Positions 28,951 to 39,276 of a stretch of DNA of 64,000 bases are shown piece by piece (the first letter of the stretch is position 1; each line of letters starts with the position of its first letter). The notes beneath the pieces were generated by a model. It did no database searches and was not told the origin of the DNA. It worked only from the letters and a program-made list of their open reading frames with translations. A program made the position numbers and the translations under genes. Source of the DNA: Bacteroidales bacterium (GTDB lineage: Bacteria > Bacteroidota > Bacteroidia > Bacteroidales > UBA10428); contig CBDDKV010000002.1 in assembly GCA_965230395.1 (NCBI GenBank), forward strand, positions 6,456,926-6,520,925, given 5' to 3'.

Positions 28951-29008
28951 AATTTCTTTCTTATTAAGGTTTACACATAAATATTCATAATTGTAAAAGC
29001 TTTAACAC

Positions 29009-29139
29009 TTAACCCGGAAAATGGATTACACCGAAGTTTGAATTCCTTCCTACAATTCCACACACATTGACTTCGTCGGGGTCCTCTAATTTTCAGTTCA
29101 TTTCGTTCACTTCGTTTTGACATGCATAATGCGGGTTAA
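29009..29139. mobile_element. Possible MITE remnant
   Basis: Ends TTAACCCGGAAAATGGAT vs reverse complement TTAACCCGCATTATGCAT (imperfect inverted repeat). Confidence 0.35.
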
Positions 29140-29288
29140 CTTTCGTTTATTTCTCTTTAATTAACACACAAACATTTTTTTTACAACAAAAACCACACCA
29201 TAACGCACGAACTGAACACAATGCGGAACCTCTCAACTCTCGGTACTTTAAAAAGGGAAATTATGAAAAAAATAAATCAGGAATAAAG

Positions 29289-29666
29289 CTAATCTATTAC
29301 CTCTTCGTATTTATCGTATTCGAATTCAAAACGAGGATAAAGTTCCTGATAAATCTCTCCCGACTCAAACATTTCATCATCACCTTCCTCGTAATGCCAG
29401 ATAACCTTTATTTTACAGTTTTCCGGTTTGCCATCCAGAATATTAAAAAAATCATGAAGCTGTTTAGAGACACTTGTATTAAAATACTCCAGATTAACAT
29501 CAACACAAATGTCCTCTCCCTGAAATTCGCTTACCCAGGCTATAATAGGGTTGAAAAAACGGACAGCATCTTCAGGCAAGGCTCTACCCTCAAATTTAAT
29601 GCCTCCGTTAACATTCATCTCAACGTTTGGCAAAGTATCGGTACCTTCTATAATTAAATTTTCCAT
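29289..29666 (-). CDS. SiaC family (DUF1987) regulatory phosphoprotein
   Basis: LIIEGTDTLPNV, LEYFNTSVSK and VIWHYEEGDDEMFESGE. Confidence 0.85.
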   Translation of the reverse strand: MENLIIEGTDTLPNVEMNVNGGIKFEGRALPEDAVRFFNPIIAWVSEFQGEDICVDVNLEYFNTSVSKQLHDFFNILDGKPENCKIKVIWHYEEGDDEMFESGEIYQELYPRFEFEYDKYEEVID

Positions 29667-29993
29667 TCTATCCCGAATTGCTCCATTTACAAAAATAATA
29701 ACTAAATAAATATCATAAAAATTATATAGAATAACAACATTTAAATAAAATGTACCCTTATTCTTTTTTTATTGGCTATAAATCTATTCATTTTATCATA
29801 AAACATTTCGTTCACCCTTAGCTCCTGAATAAAACCAAATCTAATAAGCAAATGTTCAAAAAAAGCCTTTGACCTGAATATTTTCAACAGACAATTCATT
29901 TTCCAGGTTAAAAAAATTTTAAAACCTTAAATCTATTTAATTTATTAGAAGGATCTGTATTAAAATTTGTCCGGAAAAAGCTTTTTAGAGGAA

Positions 29994-30689
29994 TTACACC
30001 AGTTTTCTGACCTCTATCGCCCTCATTACGATCTTAACCATCTCATCTACTGACAGTGTCATACAGTTTAATGAAATATCAAACCAGGTATAGTCGGTAT
30101 TTTTCCCTTCAAAATAATCCCGGAAAGCTTTACGTTTTTTATCAATACCAATCGTCGTTTTTTCCGCTTCTTCAAAAGACATATCATACTTCTCCGCAAT
30201 ACGCAATGTCCTCCATTCCAAAGGGGCCACAAGGTTTATATGAAAAGATTTCAGAATATCGTGTGTTATAGCAACACCACCCCTTCCTACAATTACAACG
30301 TTTCCTTCGCATGCCATATTTCTTATAACACGGGCAATAGTATTTCTTATTTTTCTATCGCTTTTATAATATTTACTTGAATGAGCTGAAAACAGCTCAT
30401 CAATCATGCTTTTTTTCTCATAATCAAAAACATACTTTATTTGTGAAGGGTTAAGTTCAAGTTCTCTGGCTGATTCACTTAATATTTCCTTGGTAATATA
30501 TTCCCACTGAATTTCTTTTTTACCAAGAACAATCATTTTTTGGGTTAAAGATTCGGAAAGGGACTTGGCTACTTTTTTCGCCGGACAACCATAAAGCCGT
30601 GATATTGTTACCACTGGACCACAATCCGGAGCCTCTCCATCTTCCTCTTGTAGCCTTTCTGACATGTACTTAAGTAAATCAACCTTCAT
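29994..30689 (-). CDS. Cytidylate kinase-like family protein
   Basis: VVTISRLYGC, VVIVGRGG, LVAPLEWR and IDKKRKAF. Confidence 0.85.
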   Translation of the reverse strand: MKVDLLKYMSERLQEEDGEAPDCGPVVTISRLYGCPAKKVAKSLSESLTQKMIVLGKKEIQWEYITKEILSESARELELNPSQIKYVFDYEKKSMIDELFSAHSSKYYKSDRKIRNTIARVIRNMACEGNVVIVGRGGVAITHDILKSFHINLVAPLEWRTLRIAEKYDMSFEEAEKTTIGIDKKRKAFRDYFEGKNTDYTWFDISLNCMTLSVDEMVKIVMRAIEVRKLV

Positions 30690-30890
30690 AATTGAGATGA
30701 TTTGGTTCTGACCTACTTAAATATACAAATTCTAGGTGAATAATCAAAGTAAGAAGCCGTTTACCCCCTTAAATTTAAATGCTCATTGATCGAAGATCAA
30801 TTTTTTATTATCTTCATCACGAATTGAACATATTTTGCATCATTCACATCAGTCCTATTATTATTTTCTGTACCTAATAAATGTTGGTAA

Positions 30891-31391
30891 ATGAACAACT
30901 CAGCTGATTACTGGATACAACACTTAAATTTGAAGCCTCATCCCGAAGGAGGATTTTATTCTGAAGTATACCGTTCAAATATAAATGTTAGTTCGAATCA
31001 GTTGCCTATAGGTTTTGAAGGGGACAGAAGACTTGCCACGAGCATATTTTTTCTTTTGCGCTCAAAGGACATCTCAAAAATGCACCGGTTGAAATCGGAC
31101 GAAATGTGGTATTTTCATCACGGAAGCCCTGTAAAAATTATTGTAATTAACCGTGAGGGGCATAAAAAAACGATTAAATTGGGTGCCAACCCGGAAAAAG
31201 CAGAACATTTTTTCACTTTAATTCCCGCAGGGAATATTTTTGCCGCTGAAGTTATTGAACCTGATACGTATAGCCTTTTCAGTTGTATTGTAACTCCCGG
31301 ATTTGAGTTTGATGACTTTGAATTGTTCGATAAAGAAGAGCTTATTCAGGCTTATCCCAAACATGAAGAGTTGTTTAAAAAATTCTGTTAA
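30891..31391 (+). CDS. Cupin_5 (DUF985) protein
   Basis: LNLKPHPEGGFYSE, HRLKSDEMWYFH and VTPGFEFDDFE. Confidence 0.92.
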   Translation: MNNSADYWIQHLNLKPHPEGGFYSEVYRSNINVSSNQLPIGFEGDRRLATSIFFLLRSKDISKMHRLKSDEMWYFHHGSPVKIIVINREGHKKTIKLGANPEKAEHFFTLIPAGNIFAAEVIEPDTYSLFSCIVTPGFEFDDFELFDKEELIQAYPKHEELFKKFC

Positions 31392-31393
31392 TT

Positions 31394-32467
31394 TTATTGA
31401 GCAGATATTATTTGCTTTGCCCCTTTAACAACAATCTGTTTGCCGTACAGTTCAGGATCATACTTAACCAGTAACCTTTCACCCTCAATTTTAATTCCTT
31501 TGATTTCCTTTGCCCGATAAAGGTTTTCATGATAGTGGACAATAACCCATTTATTATTTAACACCGCTTCAAGCGGAAGAGCCAATAAAGTATCATTAAC
31601 AGGTAGATATAGCTCCACAAATTCACCTTCCTCTTTCACGATACCCTCAGGAATTTTAACTGTCAAAACCCGCCCTTTATCTGTCACCTTTTCTTCAGAT
31701 ATTCGTGAATTCCAGACCGTATCCGTATAATATGAAAACTTAAGTATATCGGAAGCGACAAAGTTCCGGCCAGCTCCATTATCTAATATAAATCTGGCAA
31801 TCAGTGCTCTGTTTTTTATAACCTGAAATATTTCTTCGGATTCTTTAAAGTATTTTCCTTCGGTTGCATTTAGTTTTGAAATTGTTCCGCCAATGGGGGA
31901 GTATAAAAACGCCACAGGTGTTAATGTTTCTTCTGTTACTCTTTGCGGATCTATTCCAATTAGTTTCAGTTTCGACTTTAAAGCATTTAGTATTACTTCA
32001 GATTCTTTGTAGTTTCTTTCAGAGACCTGCATCTTTTTTAAAGATGTGGCATGTTCTATAGCCATTTCTCCCTGCCGGGCAAAATCGTTCCTAAAGAATT
32101 CAAACTCGTACTTTGCTTTCAGGTAATCCGTTTTCAGATCCAAGAAATCAGGATGCTCAATTACAGCCAACAGATCCCCCGGTTTTATCCTGTCCCCTTC
32201 TTTTTTCTTTACAGTCTTTAAGAATCCGCCTAAAGGAAAGCAAACATAATAAAGGTTTTCATCAGGATATATTGCACGGCCCCTGAGTTTTTTTAAGGTA
32301 TCTTTTACAAGCAGTTCGGTTTCTGTCACTTCAATGTCGAACTTGTCTTTTGCAATGCCTGGTAGAATAATTTGTTCGGCCATAAAAACATCATCTGATT
32401 TTTTTCCTGAACCGGAACAGGAAAAACTTAAAACAAGGACTATCAATAATATATATGTATGCTTCAT
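31394..32467 (-). CDS. RND efflux periplasmic adaptor lipoprotein (CzcB/CusB-like)
   Basis: Lipobox SFSC; lipoyl-like GDRIKPGDLLAVIEHP; hairpin helices; SPIGGTI. Confidence 0.82.
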   Translation of the reverse strand: MKHTYILLIVLVLSFSCSGSGKKSDDVFMAEQIILPGIAKDKFDIEVTETELLVKDTLKKLRGRAIYPDENLYYVCFPLGGFLKTVKKKEGDRIKPGDLLAVIEHPDFLDLKTDYLKAKYEFEFFRNDFARQGEMAIEHATSLKKMQVSERNYKESEVILNALKSKLKLIGIDPQRVTEETLTPVAFLYSPIGGTISKLNATEGKYFKESEEIFQVIKNRALIARFILDNGAGRNFVASDILKFSYYTDTVWNSRISEEKVTDKGRVLTVKIPEGIVKEEGEFVELYLPVNDTLLALPLEAVLNNKWVIVHYHENLYRAKEIKGIKIEGERLLVKYDPELYGKQIVVKGAKQIISAQ

Positions 32468-32475
32468 TTTTATTT

Positions 32476-33672
32476 CTATTTTGTATATAACTCCAGCCGG
32501 ATGGCTGTTTGGTTATATTCGTTCATTGCTTCAAGATATTTTTGTTTAATATTCAGGGCCTCCGTTACACCTTCAATATACTCTTCATAATCAATAGCTT
32601 CATGTCTGTATTTTGATATTACGGTATTAAGCTGCAGGTTAGCCATTGGAATTGCATTATTTTGAAAATGCCTGACTCTTAAAAAACAACGATCCAACTT
32701 AAACAGTAGGTTCTCTATTTCGGTCTCAGTTTCATTAACAGCTTGTTTATACATATTCAATTCCATCTCGGATTGTAGTTTTGCTTTTTTAACTTGCGAC
32801 TTCACCGGAAAAAACCAAATAGGGACGGAAATCCCTGCCTGAACCCCTGTCATTGTATTGTACGGGTCAATATTCTGAATAAAAAACCCTGCATTTACAG
32901 TTGGAGAATAATATGCTTTTCTAAGTCTCAAATCGGCACATGTATAATTATATTTCTCCTTATAAATATCTGTAATATACCCCCCTGAATAAGCAGAGGT
33001 ATCATCCTTTTTCTTAACCATGTATAATTCAAGTTTTCTACTCATCGGAATTAAAAAAGCATTGGTATTTAACAGTTTTCTTAAGTTATTTCTGGCAATG
33101 TCTATATCTATTCTATTTTCCATATATTGCGTTTCAATTTCAGAAACCCTGGTAATCATTTTCATATATTCAATTGGCTCATTTTCGCCTAACTCATCTT
33201 TTATTTCGGCTACAGAAATACTTTTGGAAATATACTTTCGGATCAATTCAATATTATCCCTCAAATTATAAAGATAAATCCACTCAAAATAGATTGATTT
33301 CATTTTCAGCTCAAATCTCTTTTTCTTAAGCTCTTCCTGCCTGTTCCGTAATATCTGTTTAGCATTATTTACATCCTTTTCCCTTTTATAAGAGAAAACA
33401 TTTCCAAAATCCTGGTTTACATCAACTTTCCAACCTATTTCCGGGGTATATAGCTTTCCATAACTATAATCTATTTTTGTTGCTGGAAGGTTTATGTCGG
33501 AAATGGACAACTTGTCTCCTTTATCTTCCGAATTTGTATTAATACGCTGATAGTTTCCTGAATAAAGGATATTTAAAGCCGAATTCAAATCAACGTAAAG
33601 GGTATCCTGGCCAGACAGGGATAAAAAAAGAAATAACGCTACAACTACAACTGTTAAATCACGATACCCCAT
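32476..33672 (-). CDS. TolC/CzcC-family outer-membrane efflux protein
   Basis: Start reassigned to ATG 33672. YYSPTVNAGFF...GVQAGISVPIWF; long helices; EAMNEYNQTAIRL. Confidence 0.82.
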   Translation of the reverse strand: MGYRDLTVVVVALFLFLSLSGQDTLYVDLNSALNILYSGNYQRINTNSEDKGDKLSISDINLPATKIDYSYGKLYTPEIGWKVDVNQDFGNVFSYKREKDVNNAKQILRNRQEELKKKRFELKMKSIYFEWIYLYNLRDNIELIRKYISKSISVAEIKDELGENEPIEYMKMITRVSEIETQYMENRIDIDIARNNLRKLLNTNAFLIPMSRKLELYMVKKKDDTSAYSGGYITDIYKEKYNYTCADLRLRKAYYSPTVNAGFFIQNIDPYNTMTGVQAGISVPIWFFPVKSQVKKAKLQSEMELNMYKQAVNETETEIENLLFKLDRCFLRVRHFQNNAIPMANLQLNTVISKYRHEAIDYEEYIEGVTEALNIKQKYLEAMNEYNQTAIRLELYTK

Positions 33673-34034
33673 ACGCAACCGATTCGAAAAGTGCTGTTTG
33701 TTTTGCAAAACGCTCAAAATTAGTTCCTCCCTCAAATAATTTTTCTGTTCAGTTAAGATTGAATAAGCTAAACCTCCCCCCTAATATTTTGGAAGCTGTT
33801 TCATAATAGCAAAATAGAGAAAGGTTTTTGAAAAAAAACTTTAGAGGCCTTTTTTTATAAACAAAGCAAATCTATTTGATGCTCTTATAAAATAAACGTC
33901 GGTAATCCGACGTAATATTTACGGATTACAACAAGCGTAATTGAGCGAAAAACACAAAACTTTGAGTGTTAATCAGCAGGTTATGAGAATGATATTTGTT
34001 GTAATTTTGAAAATATAATCAAATTTCAAGAATT

Positions 34035-34370
34035 ATGGATTCATTCAGAGTTAAAGCCAATGTTCAGGAGAATAAACTCCTTATTCAATTAAGAGGGTAT
34101 TTTATGAAATCTGAACTTGAACTCGCATTCTTTTTAGCACTTAAAGAAAGTAAGAAACTTACAGAGGGATTTGAAGTTGAACTGGATCTTGATGGTATGC
34201 ACACAGATAAATCAATAAATAACTCCATAAATAAAAAAGCTAATGATTTTTTTATGAAACAAGGAGCAAGCTGTGTCAAACCAGTAGGAGCAATTCCACA
34301 AATGCCAGTTTTTAAATTAATTGATTTAGAGCACTTTTCATTTGAAGGTGTCGGTTTTTACCCAAATTAA
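34035..34370 (+). CDS. Small STAS/SpoIIAA-like hypothetical protein
   Basis: 111 aa. Pattern F-x-VK...NKLLIQLRGYF...GFEVELDL parallels 45648-46052. Fold assignment is inference. Confidence 0.6.
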   Translation: MDSFRVKANVQENKLLIQLRGYFMKSELELAFFLALKESKKLTEGFEVELDLDGMHTDKSINNSINKKANDFFMKQGASCVKPVGAIPQMPVFKLIDLEHFSFEGVGFYPN

Positions 34371-34541
34371 TACGCGATAATTCCGACATACTTTAAGTAT
34401 AAACACTAATAAGGAATATCAAACTATACTATAAATTTGCTAGCATAAAATTACGAATTAAATGAGTGAAACAAACATTAATTATGCATTGTTTCATAGT
34501 AAAAATATTTGATGTAGGGTTTGGTTGGATTTAGGTAGACG

Positions 34542-34582
34542 ACAGGGTGGCAGATTTATTTTTGTCGCCCTGTTCTTTTTTT
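34542..34582 (+). terminator. Intrinsic terminator in the intergenic region
   Basis: ACAGGGTGGCAG...TTGTCGCCCTGT stem (with G-U pairs) followed by TCTTTTTTT. Confidence 0.75.
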
Positions 34583-34697
34583 GGCAGTTGGCGGTAAATA
34601 CCTACACAAATTAAGTATAATGATAATTGAATTGGGTATTTTAGCGAATAATTAGGTAGGAGCTTAGTTTTACATTTGCCTTATATATTAAGAAAGG

Positions 34698-35081
34698 ATG
34701 ATGAAAAAGCAAAAAATATTAATTGCCGATGATAATCCACACTTTTCAAAGGCGTTAAAGTTCATGCTCCTTGATTCATTTCAAGACCAGGTTGAAGATA
34801 TCAAGATTGTTAAAGACGGGGATGAGTGCCTTCATGAGTTAAACAACCGTATTTATGACACTGTTTTCATGGATATAAATATGCCAAAAATGAATGGTAT
34901 TGAAGCTACCAGGGAAGTAACCCAGGCATTCCGAAATATTGTTGTTATTGCGGTATCATTTCATTCCGAAATGAAGTACATCGTACAAATGATTGAAGCT
35001 GGTGCAAGGAGTTATATTATTAAGGATGAAATAAACAAAGAAACACTCGAAAAAGCCCTGGCGATAGAATACAGTTTTTGA
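34698..35081 (+). CDS. Single-domain response regulator (NarL-like receiver)
   Basis: ILIADDN, FMDINMPKMNG and GARSYIIK; TACATTTG -7 box at 34671-34678. Confidence 0.92.
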   Translation: MMKKQKILIADDNPHFSKALKFMLLDSFQDQVEDIKIVKDGDECLHELNNRIYDTVFMDINMPKMNGIEATREVTQAFRNIVVIAVSFHSEMKYIVQMIEAGARSYIIKDEINKETLEKALAIEYSF

Positions 35082-35290
35082 TTCTCTTAAAATGATGAAA
35101 ATCATCGCGATTTAATGACTATAAGTATTATTTATACCATAAATTAAAATATAACACATTGTATATTTATATATGAATTTGGGTTTGGTTAGGTAAAATT
35201 CATTAAGAAGTAAGATATGCAATGAAAATGATTTACTGATTGTTTGTACTTTTGTTGGTCCTGATATTTACCAGGACCAATTTTTTTATT

Positions 35291-37021
35291 ATGGAAAAGC
35301 ATTACTGTCCAAACCTTTTTAAATATATCCGAAGAAAAACAAGCCCTGTAAAAGTCGGAGGCCTGACAATTGGAGGTGAAAATGATATTTGTGTACAAAC
35401 CATGACAAACACCTCAACCGGTGACGTGGTAAAAACATCCAATCAGGTAATCGAAGCTTATAAATCAGGGGCTCAAATGGTTAGAATAACCGTTCCGTCA
35501 AAAAAGGATGTCGAAAACCTGAAAGAGATTAAAAAATATATTCAAAAACTTGGTTATAACATTCCATTGGTTGCTGACATTCATTTTAATCAACAAATAG
35601 CTTTTGAAGCGGCCAAGGTTGTAGAAAAAGTAAGAATAAACCCGGGAAACTTTGCTGATTCCAAGAAATTTCAAAAACTAAATTATTCCGATGAGGAATA
35701 TTCTGAAGAAATCAACAGAATAAGGAATGAATTTGTCCCCCTGTTAAAAATTTGCAAGGAACATAACACGGCATTAAGAATCGGAAGTAATCACGGTTCT
35801 CTTTCCGACCGTATTATGAGCAAGTATGGGGATACACCTGAAGGAATGGCTGAATCTGCAATGGAATTTCTCCGAATATGCAAAGACGAAAACTTCTATG
35901 ATGTAATTATTTCCATGAAAGCCAGCAATACAATGGTGATGGTGCATGCCACCAGATTATTGGTTGCTAAGATGGAACACGAACATATGAGTTTTCCATT
36001 ACATCTTGGTGTAACAGAAGCTGGTGAAGGAGAAGATGGCAGGATAAAATCTGCGGTTGGTGTAGGAACACTGTTAGCGGATGGGATAGGTGATACCATA
36101 AGAATTTCCCTCACTGAACCCCCTGAAAACGAGATACCGGTTGCCCAAATGCTTGTGGATTATTTAAAAGAAAGGGTTAATCATAAGGAAATCCCTTCAG
36201 AAGACAATTATCCTGTTCATTCGTTTTCGTTTAAGCGCAGAGAAACGCAGGCTACAGGAAATATTGGAGGAAAAAATGTTCCTATTGTTATTTCCTCCTC
36301 AGAAACCTGGTTAGATTTAACTCCAGATTACATTATTTCTTCAGAGGAAGAAATGGAAAAATTAAATTTTGTCCCCTACTTCTCCGATGAAGTAGACGCT
36401 AACCTCTCTCAACAGTTGAAACTTACACCCCCCAAAGCAATCATACTTAAAACAAGAAATGTTAATGGGTTTGCCGATCAAAGAGCTGCAATTGTACGTT
36501 TAATTAATGATGGAAATAAAATCCCAGTAATACTCCACCGGTGCTATCATGAATCAAATGAGGAAAATTTCAGGATAAAAGCTGCTGCCGACCTGGGCGG
36601 CCTCCTGCTTGATGGTTTAGCTGACGGGATATGGCTGGAAAACGAAGGAGAGATAGATAACAACACAATTATCTCAACTGCATTTGGTATTTTACAGGCG
36701 AGCAGAATGAGAGTGACAAAACCCGAATACATATCTTGTCCTTCGTGTGGAAGAACATTGTTCAACCTACAGGAAACAACAAGAATAATCAGAGAAAAAA
36801 CAGCTCATCTAAAAGGTCTGAAAATTGGTATCATGGGATGTATTGTTAACGGTTTAGGGGAAATGGCCGATGCTGATTATGGTTATATTGGTTCTGGTCC
36901 CGGAAAAGTCAATCTGTATTTTAACAGAGAGCTCATCAAAAAAGGAATTCCTGAACATCTTGCTGTTGAAGAACTGGTCTCTCTCATAAAACAGAAAGGA
37001 GACTGGCATGAACCTAATTAG
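35291..37021 (+). CDS. ispG: (E)-4-hydroxy-3-methylbut-2-enyl-diphosphate synthase (long, inserted form)
   Basis: VQTMTNT, PLVADIHF, RINPGN, PLHLGVTEAG, SCPSCGRT and MGCIVNG. Start reassigned to ATG 35291. Confidence 0.97.
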   Translation: MEKHYCPNLFKYIRRKTSPVKVGGLTIGGENDICVQTMTNTSTGDVVKTSNQVIEAYKSGAQMVRITVPSKKDVENLKEIKKYIQKLGYNIPLVADIHFNQQIAFEAAKVVEKVRINPGNFADSKKFQKLNYSDEEYSEEINRIRNEFVPLLKICKEHNTALRIGSNHGSLSDRIMSKYGDTPEGMAESAMEFLRICKDENFYDVIISMKASNTMVMVHATRLLVAKMEHEHMSFPLHLGVTEAGEGEDGRIKSAVGVGTLLADGIGDTIRISLTEPPENEIPVAQMLVDYLKERVNHKEIPSEDNYPVHSFSFKRRETQATGNIGGKNVPIVISSSETWLDLTPDYIISSEEEMEKLNFVPYFSDEVDANLSQQLKLTPPKAIILKTRNVNGFADQRAAIVRLINDGNKIPVILHRCYHESNEENFRIKAAADLGGLLLDGLADGIWLENEGEIDNNTIISTAFGILQASRMRVTKPEYISCPSCGRTLFNLQETTRIIREKTAHLKGLKIGIMGCIVNGLGEMADADYGYIGSGPGKVNLYFNRELIKKGIPEHLAVEELVSLIKQKGDWHEPN

Positions 37022-37078
37022 GCTTTTCCGGTTTTTATAGTATTACAATGTTTCATCTTTTAGATTAAAATCCAGACT

Positions 37079-37738
37079 ATGGTTAATAAAGAGGTATTCG
37101 ATTTTCTTTCAGCCATCAAAAACAATAACTATCGGGAATGGTTTCAAGAGAATAAAAAAACCTACGAAGCATGCAAACAGAGTTTTATCCATACGGTAGA
37201 GCTTCTAATTAGCGGAATAAGTCAGTTCGATAAAAGCATTGCTGGCCTTTTACCCAAAGACTGTATATTTAGGATCAACAGGGATATACGATTTTCAAAA
37301 GACAAATCACCTTATAAAACGAATTTTGGGGCCTTCATAACCCCGGGTGGCAGGAATTCAGGAAAAGCGGGTTATTATATTCATGTCGAACCGGGAAATT
37401 CATTTTTGGCCGGTGGTATTTACATGCCTCCCTCACCTGTTCTGAAAGCTATTCGACAGGAAATTTTTGATAATTATGAAGAATTTATTGAAATTGTAAA
37501 TGATGAAGAGTTTATAAGGAACTTTGGTGAATTAGACGGGGAAAAGTTAAAAACAAGACCTAAAGGATTTCCTGAAGATTTCGAAGGTATTGAATTCTTA
37601 AAATTCAAAAACTATACTGTAATGGATAACAAATCTGACGATGAAATGACAGGTAATGATTTTTATAACAGCGCTATTGATGAATTCAAGGCCTTGTTTC
37701 CTCTTATCCGTTTTCTGAACAATATTGAAAAACAGTAA
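37079..37738 (+). CDS. DUF2461 (TIGR02453) family protein
   Basis: NNYREWF, FRINRDIRFSKDKSPYKT and LKTRPKGF. Confidence 0.92.
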   Translation: MVNKEVFDFLSAIKNNNYREWFQENKKTYEACKQSFIHTVELLISGISQFDKSIAGLLPKDCIFRINRDIRFSKDKSPYKTNFGAFITPGGRNSGKAGYYIHVEPGNSFLAGGIYMPPSPVLKAIRQEIFDNYEEFIEIVNDEEFIRNFGELDGEKLKTRPKGFPEDFEGIEFLKFKNYTVMDNKSDDEMTGNDFYNSAIDEFKALFPLIRFLNNIEKQ

Positions 37739-37743
37739 CTTCT

Positions 37744-38130
37744 TTACTCCTTTATAAGATATTCTTCGAGAACATTAACGACTTTTTGGAAATTCAGAGG
37801 TTTAAATAAACACAAATCGCACCCGGCCTCTTCATATTCTTTTAGTTGTTTTCTTTCCGTAAATGCTGTCTGCGCAATCACTGGCAAGTCAGGCCGAATA
37901 TTTTTTATCTCTCTTGTAGCTTCGGTTCCAGACATAAATGGTAAACGAATATCCATAAAAACAAGTCCTATTTCTTTATCTTCTTTTACCTCTTTTATGG
38001 CATCCATTCCCGATTCAACCCAAACCGGAGTGCCATTACAAAACCGAATAATATCACGAAGAACAAAATAATTACGTTCTTCATCCTCAACAACAAGAAC
38101 TTTCTTCTGCTGTAAATTTAATTTACCCAT
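37744..38130 (-). CDS. Single-domain response regulator (CheY-like receiver)
   Basis: VLVVEDE, FMDIRLPFMSG, IAQTA and FKP. Confidence 0.9.
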   Translation of the reverse strand: MGKLNLQQKKVLVVEDEERNYFVLRDIIRFCNGTPVWVESGMDAIKEVKEDKEIGLVFMDIRLPFMSGTEATREIKNIRPDLPVIAQTAFTERKQLKEYEEAGCDLCLFKPLNFQKVVNVLEEYLIKE

Positions 38131-38190
38131 GATTTTATAGCCTGTTACATTTATACTACGCAACCAAATTAAAAAAGGTTCAAATCATGC

Positions 38191-39156
38191 TTACCGGTTA
38201 TTCAGCTCCTTCCATGCCAGAGCACTGGCCCCTAATACTGCCGCATTTGCACCATGTAATTGTGATGGCATAACTTTAACTTTTCCTTTATAAACCGGGA
38301 ATAAGTTTTCTTCCATATGTTTTAAGGTTGGCTTAAAAATTAAATCTCCTGCTTTTGCCAAACCACCAAAAACAAATATTGCTTCCGGACTTGTGCAGGA
38401 AATTGCATCTGCAAGCTTTACCCCCAGTATCCTGCCCGTAATTTCGAATGCCTCTAATGCAATAGGGTCTTCTTTTTTTGCTGCTTCCGATATCATTTTT
38501 GCCGTAAGATCATTAAAACTAATGTCTCTCAATTCACTTTTTTCAATTCTTTCCGCCAATAATTTAAAAACAGTACGTTTTATTCCTGTAGCAGAGACGT
38601 AGGTCTCCAAACATCCCCTTTTTCCACAACCACAATTTCTTCCCCGATGTTTTACATTCATGTGTCCAAGTTCGCCGGCAAAACCATCGTGCCCATAAAC
38701 TACATCACCATTCACAACGAGTCCGCTACCAAGCCCGGTACCTAAAGTAATTACTATGAAGTCTTTCATTCCTTTTGCCCCGCCATAAATCATTTCCCCA
38801 ATTGCTGCTGCATTTGCATCATTTGTTAGAACCACTGGCAAACCCGGAAAAAACTCCTTAAAGCTATCAACAAAAGGAATAATGCCTTTCCAGTTGAGGT
38901 TCGGAGCGTGTTCAATTGTTCCTTTATAATAGTTGCCATTTGGGGCACCAATACCAACACCTTTAATAACAATTCCTTCATTTATGGAGTTAATCAACTC
39001 CTCTATCTCTGTATGTAAGTGTTCTAAATAAACTTCAAATTCGGTATATTTGTCGGTACTGGTGAAATTTTCTTTAAGACAATTTCCGTCACGATCTACT
39101 ATTCCAAATTTAGTGTATGTTCCACCGATATCAATTCCAATTACTACTTCAGGCAT
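38191..39156 (-). CDS. ROK-family sugar kinase (glucokinase-like)
   Basis: GIDIGGT, NDANAAAIGE, TLGTGLGSG, GELGH and CGCGKRGCLE. Confidence 0.93.
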   Translation of the reverse strand: MPEVVIGIDIGGTYTKFGIVDRDGNCLKENFTSTDKYTEFEVYLEHLHTEIEELINSINEGIVIKGVGIGAPNGNYYKGTIEHAPNLNWKGIIPFVDSFKEFFPGLPVVLTNDANAAAIGEMIYGGAKGMKDFIVITLGTGLGSGLVVNGDVVYGHDGFAGELGHMNVKHRGRNCGCGKRGCLETYVSATGIKRTVFKLLAERIEKSELRDISFNDLTAKMISEAAKKEDPIALEAFEITGRILGVKLADAISCTSPEAIFVFGGLAKAGDLIFKPTLKHMEENLFPVYKGKVKVMPSQLHGANAAVLGASALAWKELNNR

Positions 39157-39276
39157 TATTTTTATTTTCTGTTTTCGGCAGAATAATTCCTGCACATGGT
39201 TTACAATCCGGACTTAATATTATATTGAAATTATGCTTTAAATTACTGCAAAATCTTCAGAGATTCAGGCACACTT

